From positions 372,001-436,000 of the forward strand of contig RSEE01000024.1 of the NCBI GenBank assembly GCA_003971905.1: 64,000 nt of DNA, written 5' to 3'. Under the pieces are notes generated by a model that was given only the letters and a program-made list of their open reading frames with translations, had not been told where the DNA came from and did no database searches. This DNA comes from Moniliella sp. 'wahieum'. Lineage: Eukaryota. Below are positions 38,166 to 50,700 of this stretch, piece by piece. Within the stretch, counting starts at the first letter, position 1. The number at the start of each line of letters is the position of its first letter. A program made the position numbers and the translations under genes.

Positions 38166-41100
38166 TCCCCCCAACCCCGGTGGGCAATTAAGCAGCCTAC
38201 CACGCGCCAATGAAACCTGGCCCTTCCATCCCCTCTCAGAATCTCCGATCTCAAGCTCAAGCTGCAAGTCGGTCGAGGCACTAGGCACTAGTCACTTCCC
38301 TCCCAACCCAGTGCCCACTACCAGGTCCCTCACACCTCACACCCCACCTAGGCCCACCCACGCGCCCCTTTTGCTCATCGGCCTCCCGCACCCACACACC
38401 ACTGTTCATCATTGTCGCTGCTGCGTCAAGAGCTTTCAGTTAGTATATACACTTGGTGAACGCCCTGACTGAGGGACGTCGTGGCCTTCCTCAGCCCTGA
38501 GCGTGAGCCTCAGGCCTCATCAGTCTATGCCACTCGCAATCCAGTATGCACACGCCCGCACGAGAGCCGAGTTTCTTCGCCCCAGCAGGTCGAAGAGAGG
38601 TATAGTGCATAGACGGTAGCCTCCTATCCGCGCACCCACAAGAGGGGAGGGGGTACAGAGGTGCAGAGAAGGTCTGAGGCTCAGATCTGATGGTCGATGA
38701 TCGATGAAGCTTGAAGCTTGAAGCTTATCGGCTCCCGCCCCCCTGCCCAACACCCATGCACCAATGCAACAGGAGCCCAGGTGCTCTTCCAGTTCTTATG
38801 GGAGAGTGTATATATGTTGAACGTTGACATGTTGACACTTGAGCATGGCAAGCACGCACGATACAGCTGTGGTGCGTGAAATAACCGTAGTTTCTTGGTG
38901 AGTACGAAGTCAACAGTCTCTACTCAAAGCTAAGGGGCAGGGGATGGAGAGCGGAGGATGCACCCAACAGCCATCGACGATTGCATGATGCTTGAAGCTT
39001 TTGATGCCTGACGCGCTTGACGGTACGAACGGGCTCCCGGGCCCCTTTAAGCTTTATTCCTCTCGTTTGTTTTCCTCGATTGTTTTTCTCTTTCCCTGGC
39101 ATTAGTTACTAATGGTTAGTATAGCCACAATAGTCACTATAGGTACTAGTAACTATTCGTTACTCCCGCTGCTGCGCCCTACGGCCGCACGTATCCCAGT
39201 CCCCGCCTTCGGCCGGCTAAGGTGCGGAGTGTAGGATGCGCCCGATGCCCCACGTCGGCCAGCGCCCGAGACGGAGACGGGGGTCCGGTCAAGCCGGTCA
39301 AAAGCTTGAAAAAAAACTTTGGAAGGGCTTCCAAGTCAATACAGTGTGAGTGTGGTCAATAACCGTGCTTGGGCATGCTAGTATCTGAGGCGCATGAGAT
39401 CATGAGACCCTTCGACATCGTCCGCACGTCTCAGATGCTCATCAGGCCTGGTTATCCTGGATGTGCTCTCTCGGGCGTAGCGGGGCATAACTTGTAACAG
39501 AAGGCATGGCCCAGTGATGGTGCAGACGATGTATCGATGCTGGGTTGAGATGTGTATTGAGACAGAGTCGAGGGCCATCGACCATCCCAATACGATGCAT
39601 GAACCTCTTTGTCCAGATATAAAAACTGGAGCAGATGGAATAAGGCCTGAGGGCCGGGGGAGCGCGGGTTCCTGCACATCTTGGTTCCCCAATACAAGTA
39701 TCCTATAGAGAAGAGAAGATCCAACAGGTTGGGACTTTCCTCAGTGCATCAGCGCTTAGAGCCACTCACGGGGACGCATAATCGCCGCAGTGTGGGTATG
39801 TCATCAGCGCACTGAACGCATCTCATTAATCATTTGGTATTGCTGCGATCCCTACGGTGTGCAACATAAATGTGGCATGTGAGAGCAAATATGGAGTAGT
39901 AAACATTAGTAAATAGGGGACAAAACACTGATGCACGCTCCGCTCTTTTCCCTCCCTATGTTGTCCCATGGAGCATTCGACAGTGAAGTAGTACACACGT
40001 TGAAAAGGATTATTATAGACGAGAGATCGGAAATCCCTGAAGAGAGACGCACCATAGTCACCATTTTTGTGCATAAACAAACGGAAACACGTATACCACT
40101 GTGAGTCACTAGTGAGATGAACCACCACAGTCGCCACAGACTGCCTCTATGGACACGCTCTTGCTGCCGCCGCGCTGCCCATGACATCTTCCCCAGCAGC
40201 CCTGTTATATTTTTATGAAGGCCTATCAGAGTAAGCTGCATGACGTCGACGAACCGGTGGCTTCAGCGCGCTGTCGGGGCGAAAGAAGAGGAGCTAAATG
40301 CCGGGTACTGCGGGCTGGGCGGTTGGAGCTAAGTAGTACTTAGTACTATTGACGCTATTGACCACATTATTTAGCTGGTGCAGCATCAGATCGATCTAGC
40401 GATCGCGGCATGATCCATGAGGCATGAGGCCTGAGGCTGAGGCGTTTTCACTCGGCAGGGACATCAGGCGGGGTGGTGTGGATATATATATGTTGATTGT
40501 TGTTGGTCATTTGTCGAGTTTGGAGCGTGGGCTAGCTTGGCCCGTCTCGACTACGAGGTACGCCTCTCTGCTCGCTGTTACATGTTAGTATGGACTACGG
40601 CGCCTTCCTCTCACCAGGCGCATGCTCAACGAAGGGGCAATCAGAGAGGGGCGTAGCTTAGAAGGATGCAAGGTGTTTCGACTTCACTTCCTCTATGCTA
40701 GGTCACATCCCCAACCTAGGCAAGGCTGCCCCGATGCCGAGTGAGTTGGCGGGCGGCTGGGTTCGAGATGGCCAGAGAGGAACAGAGGATACTCAGTAAG
40801 CAGTAGGAGTTGGGGCGGACGCGTGGAACTGTACGTGTACTATCGTGCGCGGAGTTGCGAGATGAAGCTTGAAGCTTGAAGCGAGAGATTAGTAGCTCCG
40901 CGGTCACATCGGAACGGTGTTAGGTGTTGACAAGGCGATCGATCGCTGCTTGAGGCAAGACGGGGGCTGAGAGGCTGGAATGGGGGCTGGCCGGGGCGGA
41001 GTGAGGATCGGGACGAGCCTGCCGTGTGTGATGCCTTGTCCCTGGCGGCAGGACCCCGGGTGTGGGCTACGGGGGAACACACAGGGTGCTGCCGCAGCCA

Positions 41101-41378
41101 AGGTTCCGTGCGCGCTCTCCCCGTGCCCCGGTGGCCTATACGTGGTCCCCGACGGCGAAAAGATGCAGAAGGATTGTTCGGCAATACATGCCGATATGGG
41201 AGGGTTACCGGACCCGACTTAAAACCGCCGGCCCCCCCCCCCCCCCCCCCCCCCCCTCCCCCTCCCCTCCCCCTCCCCCTCCTCTCCCTGTCGCCTATTC
41301 AGTGCCCCCTCCGTCGTTCGTGCGAACCACTTCCTTCTTTGTCTCGCCAACAGCCGGGGCTTCTCTTAGGATTAGACC

Positions 41379-44300
41379 ATGACCATGACTATGCCGCTGC
41401 CCCACACCCTCGCACCGTTGCCCACCACGGGCCCTGCCCCCTCCCCCGCCACCCTGTACTACCGCTCCGCCGCTCCACCTCCACCTCCACCTCCAGCGCT
41501 TCTGTCCCTCTCTCTCCCGCCCATCTCACCCCCGACCTCTTCTTCGCCAACCAGCAGGTCAGGCACTTCGCTGAGCAAGAGTGATTCCACCCCTTCCTCC
41601 CTCCCCCCCCTGCCCCTGAACCTGGCATGCATTCTGTCCGTCCGGGGCCTAGTAAGCCGCCGCCGCGCAAACGCAACCGTCTCGCCCTGAGCTGCACCCA
41701 CTGTCGGTACGTTTGCCCATCTGGCTTATATTGGTTGGACGGCGAGATAGACCAGGATAGAGAACTAACTTTTCTGTGCCGTGTGTGATGGACGAATACA
41801 ACAGCGACCGCAAGATCCGTTGCAGCCGGGAAATCCCATGCGAACAATGCATCAAGCGGGGTGACGAGGAATCGTGCCACGTCGAGCACTTTAAGCACCG
41901 TGCGGCAGAAGAGCGCGCCGAGCGCGAGCACAGCGAAACCGTCGCTGCCATTCGGGCACAAAGTGAACACCATCTTCTCGTGTTGCAAGAACGGATCGAT
42001 CAACTGGAGCAAGAACGGAACCTGCAGCAAGCCCATACCGAACGTCTCCAGGCGGCACTGCAGCAAGCCGAAACTGAAGCACATTCCCGTCGGTCCTCTT
42101 CGAACGTGCCTGCAACAACCGACTTGGCGCAGGAGTATGCTCGGGTCCAAGCGCATGTACAGGAGCTCCAAGGTCAGCTGGCTCAGCAAGAAGGACAAAG
42201 GGCTGAGACAGATGCAGATCGTTCACTTCCTTCGTCTGTACGCACGTACATGGCCACCGAGGCACCCGAAAGTGATCCAGATCCCCAGGCAGCGACGGAT
42301 GCAGAAAATGCCGTGGCAATGTTGGAGGGATTGGTCAATATGCCCTCTGCGCTGCCACCGGCTCCCAAAGGCCAAAGTCGCATGGCTGATCGAATGGCCG
42401 TCTCGCGCCTGGTACATGCCCACAACTCGGAACGAAGTCTTGCTGCTGCTCAAAGGCCCTTGGATCGACCGGGACCTACCCCTTTCCCCGACGTAGTCAT
42501 CCGGGTGCTTCGGGGCTGCCACAGAAGGGAATGGAACGGCCTTACCCACCCTTGTCCAATCCTGCCTTGGCTCAAGCCGGCATGGCCTCTGGCCCCGTCC
42601 TTCCAGCAATGGAGAGGCGAGACGAGACGTCGTCAGCCCACTCTGTGCACTCGTCCCAGTCGGCTCGTTCTACCCATTCTCCCAATTCGGCCCATTTGAC
42701 CGGTTCGAGTGCCGATACGCCCCCCACTGAAGTGGAGGAAGAATGGGAAGGCGAGGCGGACTTTACGGCGCACCTGGGCGCAAAGCACACGGGCCTGCTC
42801 AAAGTCTACAATGGATCGGAGACCAAGTTAGGATTCGGGGTGGGCTGGACCTTGGCGGCCACAGCAGAGAAGGGGGAGTTTGCCCAGATCCGTCAAACTT
42901 ACCTCGAAGCTGGGGAGGGCCTGGGCGATGGCAATGCGGAGCGCGAAGCGATCTTGCGTACCGTGCTACGTACTCTTCCCTCGCGCGAAGTGATGTACGA
43001 GTTGTTTGATTCGTACGAGCAGCGGGCCAACTTTATTCATACCCGCGCAGTACATGTCGGCCAGCTGAAACGGGAACTGGATACCTTGTTGGCCTGCCCT
43101 GACGAGGCGTCCAGGGCCCATGTGCTGAACGTGCTGGATCCCGGGTGGCTGGCACTACTTCTCATGCTGCTCGTGCTCGGACTCAAGTTTTACCCGTGCC
43201 CTGACGCTGAGAAGAACAACACACGGTTATCCCTCGGGCTTCTGAATGCGTCGTGCACAATGAACTGCTGGTACTCGAGCGCAAAGACAATTGTGGCCAT
43301 GCTCAATTACGGTGTGACCAATCCGACACTAGCCTTGATCCAGGCTATGCTGTGCATTGACCTCCATGGTGCCGAGGACGAATCGACAATGCAGTGGCTG
43401 CAAAAAGCAGCGCAGCATGGCGCTCGCGTGTTGGGCATTGACCGTCTCGGAGGACGTCCGAGTGTTCAAAGCGATGCCGACGCCGAGTCGGAGCAAGAGT
43501 TGATGCTGCGGTACGAAATGGGCAAACGGGTATGGTGGGCGCTCGTCTCGCGGGACTGGTACGCATCCCAAATCGCCGGCTTGCTCTACAACATTATCCC
43601 CAACCAATTCTCCACCCCCAAGCCAGGGAACTACAATGACGCTGACTTGGAACTTATGGTCGTGCCCCCCCCGCGGCCTGAGGGGGAATACACGATGCGT
43701 CCTATGCCCTAGCACGCGCTGCGCTCGGCAACACTATTCGCAAGCACACGGATTTGATCAACCGTCGAGCAGCCGAACTGGGAATCAATGCGTTCTTGGT
43801 CCGTTTACAGCCAGAAGACGTCAACTTGCTCGATGCGTCTTACCGCTCTTTGCTGGAGGTGGAGTTCCCCTTGTTCTACCGCATGAAGAACCCCACCACT
43901 CCCAGGCCGAGTGTGGAGATGGAACGGGCACTGCTGCACAACATTGTCTTTTCCCAGCTCTTGCGCCTCCATCGCTTCTCCCTCTCTTCGCGCGACGATC
44001 CCAGCAGCCCAGGCGTCGTCGGTGGACGAGATACATGTGTCCTCTTGGCGCGCAGTATGCTGAATGCCCTGGGTACCCTGCAACAGGGCATCACCGCCAT
44101 TGGTCGTCTATGGTGCTTGCGCGGTCACCTGTTCCAGGCCAGTGCAGTGTTGGTACTAGATCTGTGCCGACGCCCGCAACTCCCCTCTGACCGCGCCCAA
44201 ATCCGGAAACAAGTCATGACAGCCGTCATGGCGCTCCGGTTTGTGTTGCACTACAACCCACCTGTCAAACGCTCGTTGCGCATCCTACTGGGCCTCTTGG

Positions 44301-45100
44301 CAGAAGAAGATGCGCAGTGGACAAAGCGCATTTCTCTGTCCCGGGGGATCGAGCCTCTACCCCCACTTTCGGGGACACGGACTATGGTGACCCTCGCTTC
44401 GCGTATCAAGGACGTTATTTCCCAGCACCATTCTGCTGACCTCACCCCGGGCGAGATGGACGAGATGGAAAAAGCGGTGGCCCATGTTTCATCTACAGTT
44501 GCGGCCGACTTGGCTGACCCACCGTCCCCTGTCCCCACCATGCAGGAAAGCACCACAGCGGGGGGGTGGTTCACCCTCCCGTCCAACTTTGGCGCTGACG
44601 TAGCTGCCCTAGGGGGCGGGGGCAGCACGCAGATGCCGGTACCCTTTATGCCTGGGGGCATGAGCTCCATGGGAAGTTTACGTCCATCCACTACACTCCT
44701 GCCCCCGCTCACGGATGCGCCTGCAGCACTCGCACCTGTACCTCTTACTTGCTCTTCCTCGCCCTACGTCCGCTCTGCCACCCACACCCTCTTCCGTCCG
44801 GGACGGAATGGGACGGTGGTTAGTGATTACACCAACGTCTTGCCCGATCCGGCGCTCGTCGCACCTGGGGACGACTTTAATTTGGCGGCATACTTGTCGC
44901 AACATGCGCCTCCGAGGGATGATGGGGTGGAGAGTGCAGTGGGACCGTGTGGGGGAACGACCACCAGCCCGGACCAGTCTCTTCTCCAGCTCCCGTTGAC
45001 TGGGCCCTCCACGGTGGAAGAAAGTACGAGCGTAGATGCCTTTTTCCGCTGGGTGCTCGACCAAGGCGGGACTACGTGTTGGCCGCCAACTGTTGAGTAA
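41379..45100 (+). CDS. Zn(II)2Cys6 transcription factor with fungal TF middle homology region
   Basis: Intron 41707-41804 joins RKRNRLALSCTHCR to DRKIRCSREIPCEQCIKRGDEESC. Downstream LPSRE, ARVLGIDRLG, EMGKRVWWALVSRDW, PGNYND and LLRLHR are MHR hallmarks. Frameshifts near 41650, 42500 and 43700; start tentative. Confidence 0.9.
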
Positions 45101-45728
45101 AACGGCCATCGCTTCACGTCCACGCATGCTCTGGTGCTTCTTGTATGTTTATATATGGCAGTCTTTGTGACGCTCTTTGACTATACACTGCGAATACGAT
45201 AATTATGGACTAGAATTCTGGTCTCTGATTGAACAGGAAGGAAGGGTGGGCGCTCGTATAGTCTCAGAATAGCCGCAGAATAGCCGTCATTGTTGGACTT
45301 TTGCAGCTGGTCCGTGAGAGGGAATGCGGAGGGTGGGAAAGGCATCTTAGTAGTAGCTGTATATCCATACCAGGCAGCAGGACAGGTTTTGAAGAAATGC
45401 AGGGACCACAGTAGGTCTTTTGCTGCATGCAATGTATGTGGTTACAACGTGGCATCATATCTCGCAACAGAGCGAGAGGGCCGCCACGGTTGAGTTGTGG
45501 TCGGGTGTGCGTCTTTCGATACAGATGGTGGGGTGGGGGCAACGGAACGTTTCGGTGGATTCTCCTGAAGCACACTATATATAGCCACAGCCCTTTCTGC
45601 AGTGCCAGTTAAGCCATGTTAAATGTTGGGGGATGAGAGAGAAGCATCCCAATAGCAAGACCGTGGATATTGTAGAGGTTTCTGACGTAGGGGTAAAAGC
45701 TATTCACAGAGAGCAGGGGATGGGTGGC

Positions 45729-46965
45729 TCAGTACCCATCATCATACCGCGTATCGTACCGCGCATCGTATCGCCGATCATACGCGTCGTACCGGGACGA
45801 ATTGCGTTGTTCGGGCGCCTGGCCGGACTGTGATTGGTAGGGCAGGTCGCTGAGCGGAGTATGACCCACGACCTGGTCGGCAGCAGCGTAGGTCATCTCG
45901 CCGCCATAGGTGGTAGGCAGGTACGTGTAATCGTACCCCTTTTCTTGCCCGCCAGCGTAAGAAAGGTTGGCATGTGTCGAACCAAACTCTTCTTTGCTGC
46001 TGCTGACGACCGAAGCAGTAGGCCCCTCGGACTTCTCGTCCCACTCGCTCCGACGGGGGGGGGTGCGTACTGCCCTCTCCTGTTGAACACACACACAACC
46101 CAATCCGAACGGCACGATACTCACCACGCAACACCCGAACGCAGCCCAGGCTAGCCACAACCCCACACCGAATTCCATCCTGAACGTACTCGCGAGATGG
46201 GCAGCGTCCAAGTCCGCCCGGGCCGTTGAGACTAGTGCGGTCCAAATGCCTGCACCAGCAGCCAGGAGTGCAGCGGTCACTGTCGCCAAAACCATCGCCA
46301 CCCCGAGCGTCGCATGCTCGCCGTACATGCTCACGAGCAACGACACTCCCGTGAGGATGGTGCCGACGAACAAGAGGTAGAAAGCTGCATGGGAGAGGCG
46401 GAAGCGCCACTGTGTATTGCTCAGGTGAGGCAGATGGGCGGGCATAGAGGATTCGTCGTCGGTAGTATCCTGCAAGGCTTGGGAGATGGTGGTGATTAGG
46501 CTGGTTGAGGGGCCTGCGTCCGCATCCAGGGTCTGCAGTGGTTCGAACGGATGGCCAAATTGGTTGGGAGAGCAGGTGCGGGAAGTCGCATTGCTCGGGC
46601 TGCCTCCGCACACGCTGTACATCCCCCACCTGTATTCTCTTCTAAGGCCTTGCCCTGCCAGTAGCGTGCCTTCAGAGATAAAGATCTGCGCCCCAGCAGG
46701 GCTGGCAGCACTGAGTGCAGTGGCCAGGCCGTTCAGGTCAAACTGGGCCAGGTAGATGTGTCGGAGGACGGCGCCTGTGCCCACCTGGCCAACATTCACG
46801 AGGATCATGAGCACCATTGCGGTACACATGAAGAGTGAGCCTGGTAAGAACGTTGAAGAGTCAGCGCCGTGGGGATACTAAGATGTTGAGGACGGAGAGA
46901 AAAAGGATGCGCGGCGCACCATCAGTCGACGTACCTACTAGCCCAGTGCAAAGCCTACGCCGCAT
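45729..46965 (-). CDS. SUR7/PalI (Pun1-like) tetraspan membrane protein
   Basis: First exon MRRRLCTGLV, intron 46841-46934, N-terminal TM segment, claudin-like YRWGMYSVC...C motif, three further TM segments and a Tyr/Asp-rich tail. Confidence 0.8.
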
Positions 46966-47418
46966 GAGGAGTAGTGGTGGAGGAGAGGAAGAGGCGATGA
47001 GGAAGGAGATGTACAGGACATCTGGGTGCCAGGAAAAGCGGGTGCTCCTGTAGCCGCATGTGCATCATGAGCCGGTCCACACAACATCCAGCTCTCGTCT
47101 ACTACAGAAAAGGCAAGCACCGAGGCGGCGCAGTGACGCGTGACGATGTTGGATGTAGTGGCTTGCCCAGTGGGGCGTGGCACTGGCATGGTGCGTGGCG
47201 GGTGACATGTGACATGCGACACCCCACGGGGGCAGTGTGAGAGTCATGCATATCACATTCCCATCACATGTCACATGTCACATGTCATACCATCCGTTAC
47301 TAGTGCCCTTGCGGACTTGCGTACGCCCCAAGTGGTAGGCGACCCGGTGCGAGAGGGGGACCAGCGGCTAAAGACCGACTATAGCCAAGCAGCAGCCGCT
47401 AGTAGTGTTTTTAAACGG

Positions 47419-47509
47419 GGTTGGCGCTAGCAAGCAGCACAGGCCGGATGAACGGGTCGGTTTAGGCGCAGCGTTCCTTTCTTTGTCCCAGCCTTAATAA
47501 GCTCTGTCA
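47419..47509 (+). mobile_element. Second copy of the CRE-like element 3' tail (no ORF recognisable)
   Basis: GATGAACGGGTCGGTTTAGGCGCAGCGTTCC (47447) matches 19878 at 28/31 nt. TGTCCCAGCCTTAA..GCTCTGTCA and an upstream GGTGGCGCT-like block are also shared. Confidence 0.65.
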
Positions 47510-47772
47510 GTGATATGGTTACAGTGTACTATGCCTGCAGTGAAGAGGATAGAAAGGTGTGGCTTAGCCTGTGGATACCTCCTCACCGGCCCCGGAATCC
47601 GGTGTGTATGGCGTGTATGGGAAAATGACCGCAGTGCCATCCGGTCAAGCTACAACAACACCATCAGGTCCGGCTAAAGCGGCAACAGAAAACTTGGATG
47701 GCAGTAGACACTGGACAAGAAAATGATTCGACCGAAACGTTTTGGGCAACTATCTCCCCGGCGCCGTAGTCT

Positions 47773-50700
47773 CTATAGCGACGGCCACATCATGCACGCC
47801 CTCTCCAGCGCGGCCAAGATCGCCGACACTTCATCCGCCGCCGCTGCATCGTCCAAGCCGAGCCCGGGAATCGTGGGACCGCGCACGGCGTCCGCGGCCT
47901 CGGCCGCGCGCGCCCTGCTGAGCTGGACAAAGCGCGAAAGCAAGGGACCGTCGAGCATCCCGCGTGCCAACGGACGGGCATGGACCAAGGACGGTACGGT
48001 TCGGTACGCCCGCGGATTCAGACCGCCAAAGTGCTGGACGCTTCGGGTGAGGTGGCCCTCGAGCCGCCCCAAGAGCTGGGAATCGTCATCAGTGATGGCT
48101 GTCACGCCAACGAGCGAGCCACTGAGCGTGCCGATCAGTAGTTCACTTTGCAGCGACGGCTCTGCCTCGTCTCCGTCGTGCGGGGCAGGGAGGACAAGCA
48201 CGGAGGAGACTGGGGACGCGGCTTGGAACTCGGTCCGAAGAATCAACCGTTTGCCCTGGTTGGAGCCAATCAGAGCAGGGTTGTACTCGAGTAAACGCAG
48301 ACGAGCCGCCCCATCCGACGTGACAAATAGCACGCCGCCTTCCGCGTCCATCAACCAGTCGCCCGTCGTAGTCAGCCCCACCTCATCCATAGACGAAGCG
48401 GGACCAAGCGCGGCCACGGTCGAGGAACGGGCGAGGTGGGTCGGTGGGGGAAGATAGGTACCGAGCACAACCATGCGATACGGCTCCTCTTGGAAGGCGG
48501 CGAGGGTAATGGACTGATAGGCATCTGTCACGAGGATAAAGTTTTTGACGGGACGAAGACCGTTGATGTACACCCCAATGTCCAAAAAGGCCACAGAGAT
48601 CAACCACTCGTCGTTTTCCAGCGCTTTGACTTGGAGCTGCGAAAAGGGTTAGCGAGGAAACCAGAAAAGAAAGGCAGAAAGAAGGACTCACTTTTTGGCC
48701 CACAGCATGGATCAGGTACCCGTTCAAATCGCACAATGCGGTTACAGGTCCACGGAGGGATTGCTCACGGTCAATAAGCTTGAGTTTGTACCCGGGCTTG
48801 CCAGCGATCCCTCGGGCCGCGGCAGCAGCCGAGTAATCAGGCACGGTTTGGACAATATCAAAGATATAGATTCCACCTTTGGCTGGGCGGTCCTCGCCGT
48901 GGGTCACCATGGTGCCGACAGCGATGTAATCGCGCCGCTTGCCCGCGGTCGAAACCGAGAGAAGACTGACCAGTTCAAGGCTGCAAATCGTTTCGTTGGG
49001 CTTGAGCGGGAACCCATCGCTGCTCCATCGTCCCCCAGGAGAGACAAGTTCGACAATGCCCCGGTAACACGTTTGGCGACCCGGATCTTTAGATGGGTCT
49101 TGAATCGCCGCCCCGTCTTCAGGGTCAAAGAGGAGGAAGGGGACCTCGACAACTGTGCCCAGAACGAGGGTGCGGGTAGCGGGATGAGATGCAACGTGGG
49201 TCACTGTACGGCCGATGCAGTGACGAGAAAAGGGAATGGGGAAGGAAAAGTCTACCTGGGGAAGGTAGGCAGTGCTCAGCTTCGTCCCCTCCAACACGTT
49301 CACCCGTACCCCCAACGCTCCCGTGGTTGAAGGCGCCGTTGAGGTCGCCAAGGGCACGTCGGTCACCGGAAGTACGTCCGATTGGGAATGGGTTCTGTGG
49401 AACAGCAGCGTCCCACCGGGCGGCCGATGCAGCACACCCGCCCGCATAAACGGGCCAGCGATCCACAATTGCTCTCCGACCGGGGTGAGGCGGGCTAGAA
49501 CCCGTTTTTCATGGATGGGCTCGCCATCGGGGGGAGCCAACTCAATGTCCGAATCGGTCTCGGTAGGTATGCTCTCAGCCCGTGTTGGCTTGCCAATCCG
49601 GGACGAGAAGACTTTGACAAACGAAATTCCGGGGGGCAGCGAGAGGGGTTCGGCGTCCTCAGCATCCTCTCCCTGGGGCTGCTTGGGCGTGGCGAATGGT
49701 ACCACCTCGTATGCCGTGAGAAGACCGTCAGCCTGCAACATGACCAAATGAGGCGTCTTCCCAAATGAGTTGAGACGGACATCGACCACCCTAGCGTCTG
49801 GGGCGATTGAGCCCTCCTTCGTACTGTCCTCCTCTGGCGTCCAGGTCCATCGTTCGGGGCACGTCGCAATATCGGCCAGGGGAACAGAAAGCAGGACATC
49901 CCCCTGTAACGTTGACGCGCAGAGCGAGTCGTTGCGGATAAAGGTGATCCAAGCATGCACAGCAGACAGGCCCAAACTTGTAGGCGGAAGCTTCGTCTCT
50001 GCTACTTCTTCGCTCTCTGTAGCGCCAGCCAAATCATCACCATAGTCCACTTCGTCCTCCATCGGCACGGTTGCAGGGGGTGGGGGGGGGGGCCGGAGTG
50101 CCCAAGCACCTACGCAAGAGCTGATAAGTATCGGAAAACCCATGTACTCGCTTGGGCTTTTCCCCCGGCATGAGAGGCCAAGGCAATGCAACGGGGGCGA
50201 GGGAAGGGAGCTCCCAGCCAGAAACTCCGGCGGGCTCGATGGTGAGCAGGTAGCCAAGCAAAACCTCGGCCGCCGTCGCTTGGATGGAACGCCAAGCCGT
50301 CAACTGACCCGTATAGGTGCGCACTTCGATTCGCGATGGGGTGACACGGACAAATCCTTCGGGAAGAGGGGTGGCCAAGATGGTCAGACCGGGAAGAGTG
50401 ATATCCAGCACTGGAGTCAGGGTCGTCGCCTGCGAGCCAACAAGGGGAAGAACAAGTAGCTTGCTATCCTCTGTGCGTGACAGCAACGTCACGTCTCCCC
50501 CTGGAGAAACGCCAAGGGGGAAGAGACGGTAGGGGCCTTCGCTTGTGGCGGGCGAGTCAAGCGTAACCTCGCGCTGATCTCGAAGACGGACCGAGGGCTC
50601 AAAGTAGGTGATGCTTCCTGCACTGCGAGCGCCCGTGGCAGCAACCACTTGACCTTCCACCGCGGTAGGACCCAAGGCGGCAATGGGGCCCAACGCCGAA

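Noticed and set aside
39370..40250. 100-110 aa minus-strand ORFs in the intergenic region
   Set aside because: No homology recognised; composition looks non-coding or decayed.
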